From: Candidatus Sigynarchaeum calidifontis
GTDB lineage: Archaea; Asgardarchaeota; Lokiarchaeia; Sigyniarchaeales; Sigyniarchaeaceae
Reading direction: 5' to 3'
Length of the DNA stretch: 43,442 nucleotides
Assembly (NCBI GenBank): GCA_030587475.2
Contig: JAUQYZ020000087.1
Location: forward strand, 1-43,442
In this document: piece after piece, positions 26,916 to 36,776 of the stretch
How the letters are laid out: each line of letters begins with the position of its first letter
Position numbering within the stretch: the stretch's first letter is position 1
Position numbers and translations under genes: made by a program
Notes under the pieces: generated by a model
What the model was told of the DNA's origin: nothing
Databases searched by the model: none
The model's input: the letters and a program-made list of their open reading frames with translations, nothing else

Positions 26916-28169
26916 ATGAACGAGGCAAGCACGCCCCAACCGGCCAAGGAACATGCCCGCTATGTGGCATTGTACCCGATGTGGGTTGCCCTATTCGTCG
27001 ACGTCCTGGGGTATAGTATCTTCATCCCATTGTTCCCGTTTATCAGTGTCCACTTTCCCGGCGGGAGCCCGATAGTTGTTTCCTTTTTACTGGCAACGAA
27101 CGCCGTGTTCGGTCTTTTCTTCGGCCCCTTGCTTGGCTCGCTCAGCGACAGGTTCGGGCGCAAGCCCTTGCTTATGATTTCGCTCGCAGGGACGATGACC
27201 GGGTTTTTCGTCTTCGCATTCGCACCGAGCATCGAATTTTTGTTTATCTCACGTGCAATCGATGGTATTTTTGGCGGCGTGTATCCCATAACGAGAGCCG
27301 TTATCGGCGACATCGTTCCCATCAAGAACCGATCGAAACAGATGGCGAACATGGGCGTCGTGCATATAATCGCGTCGATGGGCGGTCCCGCTGCTGGCGG
27401 GATCCTAGCCGAACGAACGGGAACGCTCCTCGCCCCCGGATTGCTTGCCGCTGCTCTCGCCTTTGGCTCGCTGGTCATCACGGCCGCATTTTTCAAGGAA
27501 ACCTTGCCTATCAAGACCGGCATGTTTCAAGGAGCGCCATTGCAGCACTTGGAAATCACGGCATCAGTTCAGCCTGGGCAATCTAGCGCTGGCGATGTAC
27601 CCATTGTCAAGAACAAGGTTGCGCTTTACATCCTTACGCAGTGGGGCTTTCATTCGTTGTATTTCATGATCCTGGTCGCAATGGGGAGCTTATACTTGGG
27701 CGTCCATATAGGATTGAATTCCGAGGAAATCGGCTTGCTGATGATGCTGAGCTCGTTTATCCGCATCGCGGTCCGGTACTCCGCGTTCGTACCGATCTTG
27801 AACAAGCTCGGTGACCACAAGACTGCAACCTTCGGTCTTCTCTTGTTCGTCTTGGGATTCTTCTGGCTCATTTTCGTTAATAATTGGATTCAATACATGA
27901 TATCATTGGTCGTCACATCTTTCGCCGCTACTTGCGCCAGGGGACCGATGAATAGTTTTATCTCGCGGAGCGTCTCAAAGTACAAGCAAGGGCGCATACA
28001 AGGGATCGCAAACTCGCTCGAGAAGGTCGGCGAAATAATCGGCCCCATTATCGGGGGATCCATCCTCGCGCTGGTCGGTGGTCCCGGGTTCGGCCTCCTC
28101 TTGTTCTTGCTTTCTTGTGCCCCGTTTGTGATGTCATTTAAGAAACTGCAATTTCCCGGCGAGGAATAA
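26916..28169 (+). CDS. MFS transporter, DHA1/TetA-like
   Basis: LFVDVLG, GSLSDRFGRKPLL, SRAIDGIFGG and GPAAGG (motif C). ATG at 26916 follows GAGGTG. Confidence 0.9.
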   Translation: MNEASTPQPAKEHARYVALYPMWVALFVDVLGYSIFIPLFPFISVHFPGGSPIVVSFLLATNAVFGLFFGPLLGSLSDRFGRKPLLMISLAGTMTGFFVFAFAPSIEFLFISRAIDGIFGGVYPITRAVIGDIVPIKNRSKQMANMGVVHIIASMGGPAAGGILAERTGTLLAPGLLAAALAFGSLVITAAFFKETLPIKTGMFQGAPLQHLEITASVQPGQSSAGDVPIVKNKVALYILTQWGFHSLYFMILVAMGSLYLGVHIGLNSEEIGLLMMLSSFIRIAVRYSAFVPILNKLGDHKTATFGLLLFVLGFFWLIFVNNWIQYMISLVVTSFAATCARGPMNSFISRSVSKYKQGRIQGIANSLEKVGEIIGPIIGGSILALVGGPGFGLLLFLLSCAPFVMSFKKLQFPGEE

Positions 28170-28270
28170 CCGCGGACGCCGCTCGACGGTCGAGAACGCA
28201 CGGCCGGCACGCGTTCGCATCCATCGCCTCTCTCGCGATCAGCCTAATTATCGCAGATGGCGAATACACC

Positions 28271-28579
28271 ATGATGGAAGAACCACGACACGCGACCCTG
28301 AGATTACTGCGCGGTTGGCGATACTGGGGGTATTCCCTGGGCATCCTGGGACAATTCCTACCGTCGGCATTCCTGAACGCATACATCAAGAACTACTATA
28401 TCTACACGATCGGCCACGATCCATCGCTCGTGACACTCGTCACGGGGCTCGGGGTGCTGTTCAACGCGATATCGTCGCCGATCTTCGGCGCGGTCGTCGA
28501 CAATGCCCGGCCGAACAAGCTCGGGAAGCGCCGCCCCTTCTTGCTCCTCGAGATCCCCGTGATGAGCGTCGATTCCTGA
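28271..28579 (+). pseudogene. Truncated GPH/MFS_2 (MelB-like) sugar transporter fragment
   Basis: The first ~3 TMs are present, with FNAISSPIFGAVVDNARPNKLGKRRPFLL (GPH G.RRP motif), then a stop at 102 aa. No continuation in any frame before the next gene. Confidence 0.7.
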
Positions 28580-28644
28580 TAGGAACCGGCCTCGACTAGG
28601 TTCATAGTTTTTTTTCGGGAGGAGAGCATGTAAACAAACAACTG

Positions 28645-30531
28645 ATGATCAAAATGACCGAACCATACATCTCTTCACCGGGTCGCAAGAAAAAGGTAAA
28701 AAGCTTCAAGGATCAAGCGGACACGATATTTGGACTCGTGTATGTCCTGGCTGTCATAGTATGCTCAATTCCAACGTGGATGGAAGTATTCTCTTCTCCC
28801 GACGCGCGGATCGGCATCGCTTTCATGAAATTCACCGCCTTGTTCGCAGTCCTCGCCCGCCCATTCTCGTTGATGGTCGACATGGGCAATTCCACGAGCC
28901 AGTTACTTGGTGTCGTCTTCCCGAACGATAACGGCTGGATCCTCACCCTCCAGGCCAAGTATCCCGAGATCACGGACTTCAACTCGATGTTCCAGACCTA
29001 CATCGGCGTGCCTGACTTCTTGTTTCTCGTGCCGTTCGTTTTCCTTGTACTCGCCCTGGTCTTCCTTGGCTATAAAACCCCGCCCGAGAGGAACGTGATC
29101 GCTGAAGGCATCAAGTTCGCGCTGAACCATTATCTCGGAACACTTGCTGGATTCAGCATCTTCTGGGGCATCAGCGGGATGATCCTCGGCTTGTGGGACT
29201 TCGGTTTCGTGCTCGCGGGCTTGTTCACGGCGTGGGGTACTTATTGGGTAGATCTCTTGCTCTGGATCGGCATTGCCGTGTTCCTCGTCGCCGTCGGTAA
29301 CTTCGCTGCGGGAAAACGGCCCGCCGCAGGAAAGGAGGCGGCCGAGTACCTCGTCAGCTCGCTGCAGCAACCGACACCGCGCGCGTTCCCCGTGCAACCA
29401 CGCGCCGCCGTTCCTCCTGCATCGACCGTCCTTGCCGCCCAGGAAGCCTCGATCGCGGCGCCCGTCATCGCTCCGACAGTATTGCGAAAGTATTGCGAAT
29501 ATTGCGGGTCCAAGATCGAAACAGGAGCGAGATATTGCCCAGGCTGCGGTGTAAATCTCGAGATCCCCGCCATTTCCCCGCCCGCACAAGTCACTGCCCC
29601 CCCACGAATGGAGGTCATCATACCGGCGCCACGTCGCCCCGCCCCGGCACCTCCAGCAGAATCAGAGCCGATGGCCGAGCCGGCCCCCGCTCCACCTGTA
29701 CCGGCCAAGATCGTTCAAAAAACGCCCGGCCAAAAGAGATTGAGCTCGAAAGAGATAGCGGAACTCGAGCGCGCCTTGATCAAGATCGACGGGGTCTCGC
29801 AACAATTCGCCATGCTCATGATGGCTGTCGGCGTCATCGTCGGTGTCCTCGGCATGCTCGGCGGCAACCTTGCAGGATTCGCCTCTGCATTGCTATCCCT
29901 GCCCATGGGCATCTTGATGCTCCTGAAAGACCGGGACGTTTTCACCAAGTGGGTGTTCGAACGAAACTACACGTCCCGCGGCGTAGACATGATCTTGTGG
30001 GGCATCATGGGGAGCTTCTGCTCCGGCGCGGGATTGCTGGTGCTCGTCAAGGGAATTATCATGGTCGTGCTCACGCAAAACTTGCCGGCTCAGTATCCTA
30101 CCTTGTCCAACCAGCAATGGCGTGCCAGGGTCTTCCAGGCCAGCACGACCCTCGCGGGCACGTGGACGTTGCTCGTGACGATCGCAAACCTGTCCCGGCT
30201 CTTCAATCCAGACCCCTTATCGATCGCGTTTGGTGTTATAACCACGTTCATCGGGTTTGCCGCGTATTTCGTCTACACCCGCTTCGTGCGGCCCGAGATC
30301 ATCCAGGGCAAGATCAACGACATGGACGCGCCGCTTATCATAGCCGGGGCTTGTAGCATCATCACTGGCGGGGCGGGTATCTTGCTCTTGGTGCAAGGGA
30401 TTCTCATCGCCATCCAGAAAGACGAGCGCAAGAGACCCGAGGAGCTTATCAAGGATGAAGCGGAGCAAAGCACCCCCAAGGAAGAACCAGCTGCACGTGT
30501 TGATGACGAGAAGCCATTCTCGGAACATTGA
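28645..30531 (+). CDS. Membrane protein with two TM bundles joined by a Pro/Ala-rich linker carrying a zinc ribbon
   Basis: About 5 N-terminal TMs, KYCEYCGSKIETGARYCPGCG, a PAPRRPAPAPP-type linker and about 6-7 C-terminal TMs with an internal repeat (G..GAG.L.LV.GI). Confidence 0.75.
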   Translation: MIKMTEPYISSPGRKKKVKSFKDQADTIFGLVYVLAVIVCSIPTWMEVFSSPDARIGIAFMKFTALFAVLARPFSLMVDMGNSTSQLLGVVFPNDNGWILTLQAKYPEITDFNSMFQTYIGVPDFLFLVPFVFLVLALVFLGYKTPPERNVIAEGIKFALNHYLGTLAGFSIFWGISGMILGLWDFGFVLAGLFTAWGTYWVDLLLWIGIAVFLVAVGNFAAGKRPAAGKEAAEYLVSSLQQPTPRAFPVQPRAAVPPASTVLAAQEASIAAPVIAPTVLRKYCEYCGSKIETGARYCPGCGVNLEIPAISPPAQVTAPPRMEVIIPAPRRPAPAPPAESEPMAEPAPAPPVPAKIVQKTPGQKRLSSKEIAELERALIKIDGVSQQFAMLMMAVGVIVGVLGMLGGNLAGFASALLSLPMGILMLLKDRDVFTKWVFERNYTSRGVDMILWGIMGSFCSGAGLLVLVKGIIMVVLTQNLPAQYPTLSNQQWRARVFQASTTLAGTWTLLVTIANLSRLFNPDPLSIAFGVITTFIGFAAYFVYTRFVRPEIIQGKINDMDAPLIIAGACSIITGGAGILLLVQGILIAIQKDERKRPEELIKDEAEQSTPKEEPAARVDDEKPFSEH

Positions 30532-30633
30532 ACCATATCGTTCGTTTTTTGATCCCCTTTTTTTGATCGCTACTCGTATAAGAGATATTGATGATCTGCG
30601 ATCTGGTTAATGCCGGTAAGGCGTGATACAATT

Positions 30634-32163
30634 ATGGTCCTGGAGAACCTCCATCCAAAAAACGCGTGGTCTATTTTCGAAACGATTTTCGCCAGCACGC
30701 CACGGCCATCCAACCACGAGGACCGGATCAGGGCAAAGATCGCCGGCTGGGCCACGCAGAACGCAAAAAAGGGGATCTCTTGTCATCAAGACCCGGCGGG
30801 AAACTTGCTCTTGCGTAAGAAGGCATCACCTGGATGTGAGACATGGCCTGCCGTCATGCTTCAAGGACACATGGACATGGTATGCGAAACGAGCCGTCCC
30901 GATGGATATAATTTCCTTGACGAGCCCATCCAAGTTCGTATCGATCCGGATGGCGAATGGATCTCGGCGGATGGCACGACGCTTGGTGCGGATGACGGAT
31001 TGGGAGCATCCATCGCATTAGGATTGCTGCTCGACGATGATCCGGCTTTCGTGCATGGCCCCATCGAGGTCCTTCTCACGTTCGCCGAGGAAACGGGGCT
31101 CGATGGCGCGTACAAGCTCGATCCAGCAGCGCTGGGTGTCGAGGCCCGGTACGTGATCAACGTGGATTCCGAGGAGCTCGGCGTCATCACGATCGGATCT
31201 GCAGGCGGGGGGAGCGTCAAGATCGAAAAGACGATCGTACCCGAAGAGCGAGCGTGCCTTGATAGCCTCGCATGGTTCGAGCTCACGGTGTCTGGATTAC
31301 GCGGTGGCCACTCCGGCGTCGACATTCACTTGCCCCGCGCAAACGCCATCAAGCTGGTGGCGCGGCTTCTCTGCGCCGTGATCCAGAAGGTCGAAATATT
31401 CTTGAGCTCCTGGGAAGGCGGCACGCGTGGCAATGCCATACCACGATCATCGGTAGTGCGATTTGCCGCCAAATCGGAAGACAAGGATGTGTTGAGCGAG
31501 ACCGTGAAAAACGAATCCGCCAAGATCGAGCGGTATTACAAGAGCAAGCTCCCAGGTGGCGATATACTCGAACCCGAAATTCACATCACGCTCAACGAGG
31601 CAAAGCATACAACATGCATCACGTCGGACAAGACTGCCGAGATCGTGCGATTGGCGAATGGCTTGCCAAGCGGCCCGCACCGGTTTTCCCCCACGTTGCC
31701 GTCGCTCGTGGAAACATCGGACAACCTCGCGATAGTTAAGAGTTCATTGAACGAGGGGCATATCGAGTTTCTTTTAAGCGTGAGAAGTAATGTCGATGAC
31801 GAGCTCGAATCGTTCCGGCGCAGCATCGCATCCATAGGACAGCTTGCATCGTGGCATGTTACCTTGAGCGATGCATACCCGGCATGGCCGCCAGAGCCAG
31901 GATCCAGGTTCATGGAATTCGTGCGGAAGAAATACGAGGGGCGTTTCGGAAAGCCTGTCGATGTCCGGGCGGTCCACGCGGGCTTGGAATGCAGCATCAT
32001 TGCAAAAAAAATGGCCATTCCAGCAAAAAACATCATTTCCATCGGTCCAGAAATTCAGAACGCCCATAGCCCTGCGGAACGCGCCCGGATCGCGGACATC
32101 CAAGTGCTCTACGACATCCTCAAGGACATCCTTCGCGATGCGAACCAGTTACCGAGGGGGTGA
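30634..32163 (+). CDS. pepD: Aminoacyl-histidine (beta-Ala-His) dipeptidase, peptidase M20C
   Basis: PRPSNHE, LQGHMDMVCE, GTTLGADDGLG, EETGLDGA, INVDSEE, GLRGGHSG.DIH, HAGLEC and HSPAER. Confidence 0.93.
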   Translation: MVLENLHPKNAWSIFETIFASTPRPSNHEDRIRAKIAGWATQNAKKGISCHQDPAGNLLLRKKASPGCETWPAVMLQGHMDMVCETSRPDGYNFLDEPIQVRIDPDGEWISADGTTLGADDGLGASIALGLLLDDDPAFVHGPIEVLLTFAEETGLDGAYKLDPAALGVEARYVINVDSEELGVITIGSAGGGSVKIEKTIVPEERACLDSLAWFELTVSGLRGGHSGVDIHLPRANAIKLVARLLCAVIQKVEIFLSSWEGGTRGNAIPRSSVVRFAAKSEDKDVLSETVKNESAKIERYYKSKLPGGDILEPEIHITLNEAKHTTCITSDKTAEIVRLANGLPSGPHRFSPTLPSLVETSDNLAIVKSSLNEGHIEFLLSVRSNVDDELESFRRSIASIGQLASWHVTLSDAYPAWPPEPGSRFMEFVRKKYEGRFGKPVDVRAVHAGLECSIIAKKMAIPAKNIISIGPEIQNAHSPAERARIADIQVLYDILKDILRDANQLPRG

Positions 32164-32218
32164 ATCTTTTACGAGGAAATGGCCCATCAACCCGTTCCCG
32201 GAAGTCGATATCACCCGC

Positions 32219-33166
32219 TTGCAATATCATCCCGCTTTGCAGCAGCTCCGCGACCGGTACTCCCCGGATCCATCAAACACGAGGCAAGAAACGGGCTATT
32301 TCACGGCGGCCGACGGCACGAGACTCTTCACCCGCCGGTGGTACAAGCCCGGGGTGCGAAGCAAGGGTATCGTGGTGTGCTTTCACGGGCTCGGCGGAGA
32401 TGGTGAATATTTCGTGCTCTTCGCGGACCAGGTTGTTGGGGCTGGATATTCGGTGACGATCAACGATTACAAGGGGCACGGGCTCTCCGATGGAAAGCGC
32501 GGCGACATTGACTCGTTTGCCACCTACACGCGACATGCCTCGGAATACCTGCAGCACGTGTCCAGGCAAGCAAGGGATCTCCCGTTATTTGTCCTTGGAG
32601 AGAGCATGGGGGGGACGGTTCTCATCAACATGCTTGTCGATGATGCAGGACTTCCGCCCATTGCGGGCATTTTGCTCTTCGCGCCTGGCATCAAGATCAA
32701 GGCGTCTAGTGTATCGATCAAGGATTTCTTGATGGTATTGGGGATGGCCTTGTCGTATCCGTTCAAGCCCGGCCGCTTGAGTTACGACGTGCGACCGGTT
32801 CGCGAAAAGACTCTCAAGGACGGCGTGGAAACCATGAATCCGCTTCATTTCGAGTATGATATGAAGAACCCGCTACATCTTGACCTTGTATCCACCCGCT
32901 TGTTGCTCCAGCTCAACAAGGGTTTCAACCGGGGATACAAGCTCGGTCCTGGATCAATAAAACAGCCGCTGATCGTGTTTCTCGGGGAAAATGATCTCGC
33001 GATCGACCGTGATGGCGTGCAATCGTTTGTCGAGAGGTCGGCAACATCCGACAAGGAGTTTATCATCGTTCCCGGGGCGCCCCATGCCATGTTCGCGCAC
33101 GACGCGTTCCAACCGTTCTGGGAAAAAATTCGCGCATGGCTCGGGCATCACGCTCTAGGGAATTGA
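32219..33166 (+). CDS. Alpha/beta hydrolase, monoacylglycerol lipase/lysophospholipase-like (Hydrolase_4)
   Basis: FHGLGG, DYKGHGLSDGKRGDI, nucleophile elbow GESMGG, GENDLAID and GAPH. The start is uncertain: the in-frame TTG at 32219 is used because there is no in-frame ATG near the 5' end. Confidence 0.85.
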   Translation: MQYHPALQQLRDRYSPDPSNTRQETGYFTAADGTRLFTRRWYKPGVRSKGIVVCFHGLGGDGEYFVLFADQVVGAGYSVTINDYKGHGLSDGKRGDIDSFATYTRHASEYLQHVSRQARDLPLFVLGESMGGTVLINMLVDDAGLPPIAGILLFAPGIKIKASSVSIKDFLMVLGMALSYPFKPGRLSYDVRPVREKTLKDGVETMNPLHFEYDMKNPLHLDLVSTRLLLQLNKGFNRGYKLGPGSIKQPLIVFLGENDLAIDRDGVQSFVERSATSDKEFIIVPGAPHAMFAHDAFQPFWEKIRAWLGHHALGN

Positions 33167-33187
33167 TGAAAAAAGCCAGCGATCCGG

Positions 33188-34381
33188 TCACACGTACTCG
33201 ATCGTCGCCGGGGGCTTTGGCGTGGCGTCGAAGTAGACGCGCTTCACCGCTGGAATCTTTAAAATCTTTTCTTTGATCTTGCCGAGCAGCGCCACGGGCA
33301 GCCTCGTGACGCTCGCCGTGCGGGCATCCTTGCTGTTGATAGAGCGAATGATGACATCGTATGTGCCCTTGTCCCTCGCCGCCATCTCAAAAAGAAGCCT
33401 TGCCTTGCCTTTCAGTTTCGTTGCTTTTTCGACCAGCGCATCGAGATCGAAATCTCCACGCTCGATTACCGGGAGATCGTAAATCCTGGTGCCATTGACA
33501 AGGCCAGTGACCCTCTTCGTCGTCACGTCATCACTGATCGCCGCGAATGCCTGGAAAGGTTCTTGTTCACCAGCCGTGTTGATGATGATCGGTTTCTTGT
33601 ATTGTTTAATGTAGTAATCGTCGATGGTCGATTCCACGATGTCGTGCACTTGCTTTTCCATGGAGAGATTAGCTTCCGTGACAGGCCCGATGATGCGGGC
33701 GGACAGCGCGGGGCCCGGGAATGCCTTCCGGTAGACCAGATCGACGGGCATCTTGAAATATTCGAGCACGGCACGAACTTGATCCTTCACGAGACTGGCC
33801 ACTGGCTGAACGGTGGCCTCGACGTCGTACTCGATGCTCAAGTTATGCTGGCTCTTGACGAATTTTGCCTTGTTTTTCTCGAGCAGCTTGGCCTCCTCTG
33901 CGGTAGTCATGGATTCCTTGATATCGCCTATCTTCACGCCGAAACTTTCCTCGATGTCGGGAAGGATCGTGCCGTCCGCGAGCAGCTGGCATTTTTCCTC
34001 CTTGATGACCTTGCTGATCGTTTCAGAATAGGCTTTTTTGAAGAGCTTGCGCTTGTTTTCCGCGTCCTCCCCCGCCGCGTAGATCTGGGGCAAGAACGTC
34101 GACCGGATGTCTATCACGCGTACCTCGGGGAATAGCTTCTTGATGTGTTCCCGCTCCTCCTTTCCCTTGATGATGCGCATCAAGCCGTGGTCGATAAAAA
34201 CGGGGATCGTGTTGATGTTGGCTCTCTTCAAGAGCAAATACGTTGCCGAGCTGTCTATTCCACCAGACAGCGCGCAGAACACCTTCTTTCCCTCCGCGTG
34301 TTTCTTCAAGAACTTCACCGCGTCCTCCACGAAGCTCGCGGCGTCCTTGAATTCCGTGGTGATGAATCGATGGTTGAGCAT
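33188..34381 (-). CDS. guaAB: GMP synthase subunit B (ATP pyrophosphatase subunit, archaeal split type)
   Basis: PP-loop ALSGGIDSS, FIDHGLMR, DAENKRK, GTILPDIEES, VKSQHN, FPGPALSARIIG and C-terminal DATPKPPATIEY. No glutaminase domain. Confidence 0.92.
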   Translation of the reverse strand: MLNHRFITTEFKDAASFVEDAVKFLKKHAEGKKVFCALSGGIDSSATYLLLKRANINTIPVFIDHGLMRIIKGKEEREHIKKLFPEVRVIDIRSTFLPQIYAAGEDAENKRKLFKKAYSETISKVIKEEKCQLLADGTILPDIEESFGVKIGDIKESMTTAEEAKLLEKNKAKFVKSQHNLSIEYDVEATVQPVASLVKDQVRAVLEYFKMPVDLVYRKAFPGPALSARIIGPVTEANLSMEKQVHDIVESTIDDYYIKQYKKPIIINTAGEQEPFQAFAAISDDVTTKRVTGLVNGTRIYDLPVIERGDFDLDALVEKATKLKGKARLLFEMAARDKGTYDVIIRSINSKDARTASVTRLPVALLGKIKEKILKIPAVKRVYFDATPKPPATIEYV

Positions 34382-34438
34382 GGAAAATAGATCGGAACGC
34401 GTCGAAATAAGAAGCGTTATTAACCGGGTCTTACGCCT

Positions 34439-35626
34439 TTACCGAAGCAAACCCTTGAGCGTGTGGACGTTGTGGGCTTTTCTTTCGGAAATCAACGCGC
34501 GCGCGGCCTCGATGTCTCCGCGATGGTTCCAGAAAAGGATGCCACGAACTTGTCCGTTGACCAGGTAGAAGACATTGCAGCTTGCAGGCTCGTCTATCCA
34601 ATCGATGACGTAATTGTACCTGGCGCTAACGTCTCCGACAGCATGGTATTGCATGTCAAAGATCTGCGATTTGAATTCAGGCAGGTAGTCATATGCCACG
34701 TTACCACCGGCCATGTTCGTCCCCGCCACCGCGCCCATCGCGCTCGCGTTGTCGGCATGCTCGTATCGTATAATAGAACCGAGGATTCTACTCGGGAAAC
34801 TCGCAACATCACCCGCCGCGTAGATAGCAGGTTTCGTTGCCTGGAGGTGATCGTCGACGATGATACCGCCACCCCCGTCCAACTTGAGACCACCTGTCGA
34901 TGCGATCGCAGTTTCCGGGTTCGTGCCCATGGCTACGACAACCCCGTCAAAAGCAAGAATGGTGTCCCGGTTCGTTTTAATAACGACCTCCCTGCCAATC
35001 TTCTCAGCACCCGTGGCAAGCTCTTCGGGAACCATGGTTATCCCGTTTGACCTCATGACCGATAACAATTGCTTCGAGATGGTCATGGGGAGGATCGATC
35101 CCAGCAAACCTTTATCCGGGAAGATCATGGTCACGTCTTTTTTTAGAGAAACCAACGCTGCTGCAAGCTCCGTCCCGATGAAGCCGCCACCGATCACGCA
35201 AAAGTGATCGTGTTTCTCCACGAGAGCTTTCAGCTTGAAGTAATCCTCGATGTTTCGATAGTACAGGATGTCGTCCAAGTCGGTCTCAAGCTGCCGCGGC
35301 GTGCTTCCGGTCGCGATGAGTAACTTGTCGTAGCCGTAGATCTGTCCCTCGTGGTCGTAGAGGATCCGCTTGTCTGGAAAAAGCGTGGTGGCGGTTCGAG
35401 AGAGGTGCAAGCTCACTCCGAGATTTCCCGTGTTGCGCCAGATATCGTCGATGTTCGAGCCAAACCACAATGAACGCGACAACATGGTGCGATCGTAGGG
35501 CGATTGATCTTCCTTGCAAATCACGCCGATCGTGCCGCTCGGATCGATCTTGCGAATGGCTTGGATGGCCGAATCGGCCGCTATCCCGCCACCTATGATC
35601 AAGTATCGGTAACTCAACAAGATCAA
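34439..35626 (-). CDS. FAD-dependent pyridine nucleotide-disulfide oxidoreductase (ferredoxin reductase/AIF-like)
   Basis: YLIIGGGIAA, PYDR..LS..LW, YDKLLIATGS, VIGGGFIGTELA, IYAAGDVA and YEHADNA...G..AG.NM. Confidence 0.88.
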   Translation of the reverse strand: MILLSYRYLIIGGGIAADSAIQAIRKIDPSGTIGVICKEDQSPYDRTMLSRSLWFGSNIDDIWRNTGNLGVSLHLSRTATTLFPDKRILYDHEGQIYGYDKLLIATGSTPRQLETDLDDILYYRNIEDYFKLKALVEKHDHFCVIGGGFIGTELAAALVSLKKDVTMIFPDKGLLGSILPMTISKQLLSVMRSNGITMVPEELATGAEKIGREVVIKTNRDTILAFDGVVVAMGTNPETAIASTGGLKLDGGGGIIVDDHLQATKPAIYAAGDVASFPSRILGSIIRYEHADNASAMGAVAGTNMAGGNVAYDYLPEFKSQIFDMQYHAVGDVSARYNYVIDWIDEPASCNVFYLVNGQVRGILFWNHRGDIEAARALISERKAHNVHTLKGLLR

Positions 35627-36156
35627 TTCGCCGTTTAAACCTCGTATTCCTTGTATTAATCCCTTCCGTCATTCGACCACAAGCCTTCATCCTTGCAATC
35701 GCTGTTTCCGACGAATCCAACTCTATCCGAGCGTAGTTTGTTTAAAAAAACATCCCTGGAATCCAACCAACGCCATAAAACGTCTAGATCATGATGGAGG
35801 ACATCAGCCGCGCTTTCTATCTCATCGGGATGCCATACAAGCCGCACTTCTTTAAAACGCTTTTTTTTCAACGAGCAGCCTATATTGGTACAATTAAGCA
35901 GGCAAAAGGCTCCCAGGATGCTCATCATGGCCGGCACTTTCAGCCGCATCGCCGCGCTTCTGGTAACATTCGGGTTCATTGCCCCCCATGCTTACGAGTA
36001 CCACGTGCTCCTTGGTGCATTCATGCTCATGTACCCGATAATCGTTCTCAGCGCGCAATCGGCCTTCCATTTCAGCAAGGCGTTCCTGTCTGTCTAGGAG
36101 CAACAAAAATCTGCGGGTATATAACGTCGTTTCACGCGTTGTGTTATCCACATAAT

Positions 36157-36672
36157 ATGTTGAAACTTAACCCCGCGGGAGCGATCCTTCCAAGACGCAT
36201 CATGAAGCCAATCGGCATCGAACAAAGGACGCTCGGAAGGGCCATTCGCCCCCCGAAACGCGACAACATCGTTTTACCGGACAGGCAAACGATCGAGACC
36301 TTCACCCACGTCTCGCTGGCACGGCATGCCAAGGATATTCCAGCGCTCGCGGATCCAACAGGCGTGAAAACCATGTCTGTCATCGACGAGATCATGCTCT
36401 CGCTGGCGTGGAACAATCCCGCTCTTTCAGATATCCCCGTTCTCGGGGCCAGCACGACGCAGCAAGCGCATGAGCACCAGGATAACCCGCGCGAGGCAGC
36501 CATCGAGCAGAACGCGGCGACCGCCATCGTGGACAATTTCCTCGCGCCCCCGTCCCTCGAAGCAATGGTGTCGCCGTCGTTGGACGAACACATGCGAAAT
36601 GCTCGCTCGCTATACAAGATGGCGATCAGCAAATCATTGCGCAAGAGCATCACGCTAAACCCCAGCAATTGA
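36157..36672 (+). CDS. Hypothetical protein
   Basis: 3' part of ORF 35791..36672 from ATG 36157, preceded by an AT-rich TATATAA stretch at about 36118. No recognisable motif. Confidence 0.35.
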   Translation: MLKLNPAGAILPRRIMKPIGIEQRTLGRAIRPPKRDNIVLPDRQTIETFTHVSLARHAKDIPALADPTGVKTMSVIDEIMLSLAWNNPALSDIPVLGASTTQQAHEHQDNPREAAIEQNAATAIVDNFLAPPSLEAMVSPSLDEHMRNARSLYKMAISKSLRKSITLNPSN

Positions 36673-36776
36673 TGTAGCAACCATCTGACCGATGTCGATG
36701 TACTCGATGCTCTGCATCCCGTTCGTTCCACGTGTTTCCCTTATTCCTTCCATGCATGTGATGGACACGGGGAACT

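Noticed and set aside
31871-32163. Apparent long overlap of the hydrolase ORF with pepD
   Set aside because: An open-frame extension with no hydrolase-like sequence. The real gene starts after the pepD stop.
36144-36152. Perfect DnaA box TTATCCACA
   Set aside because: Single copy in an apparently archaeal genome with no dnaA or cdc6 nearby. One 9-mer in 43 kb is compatible with chance.
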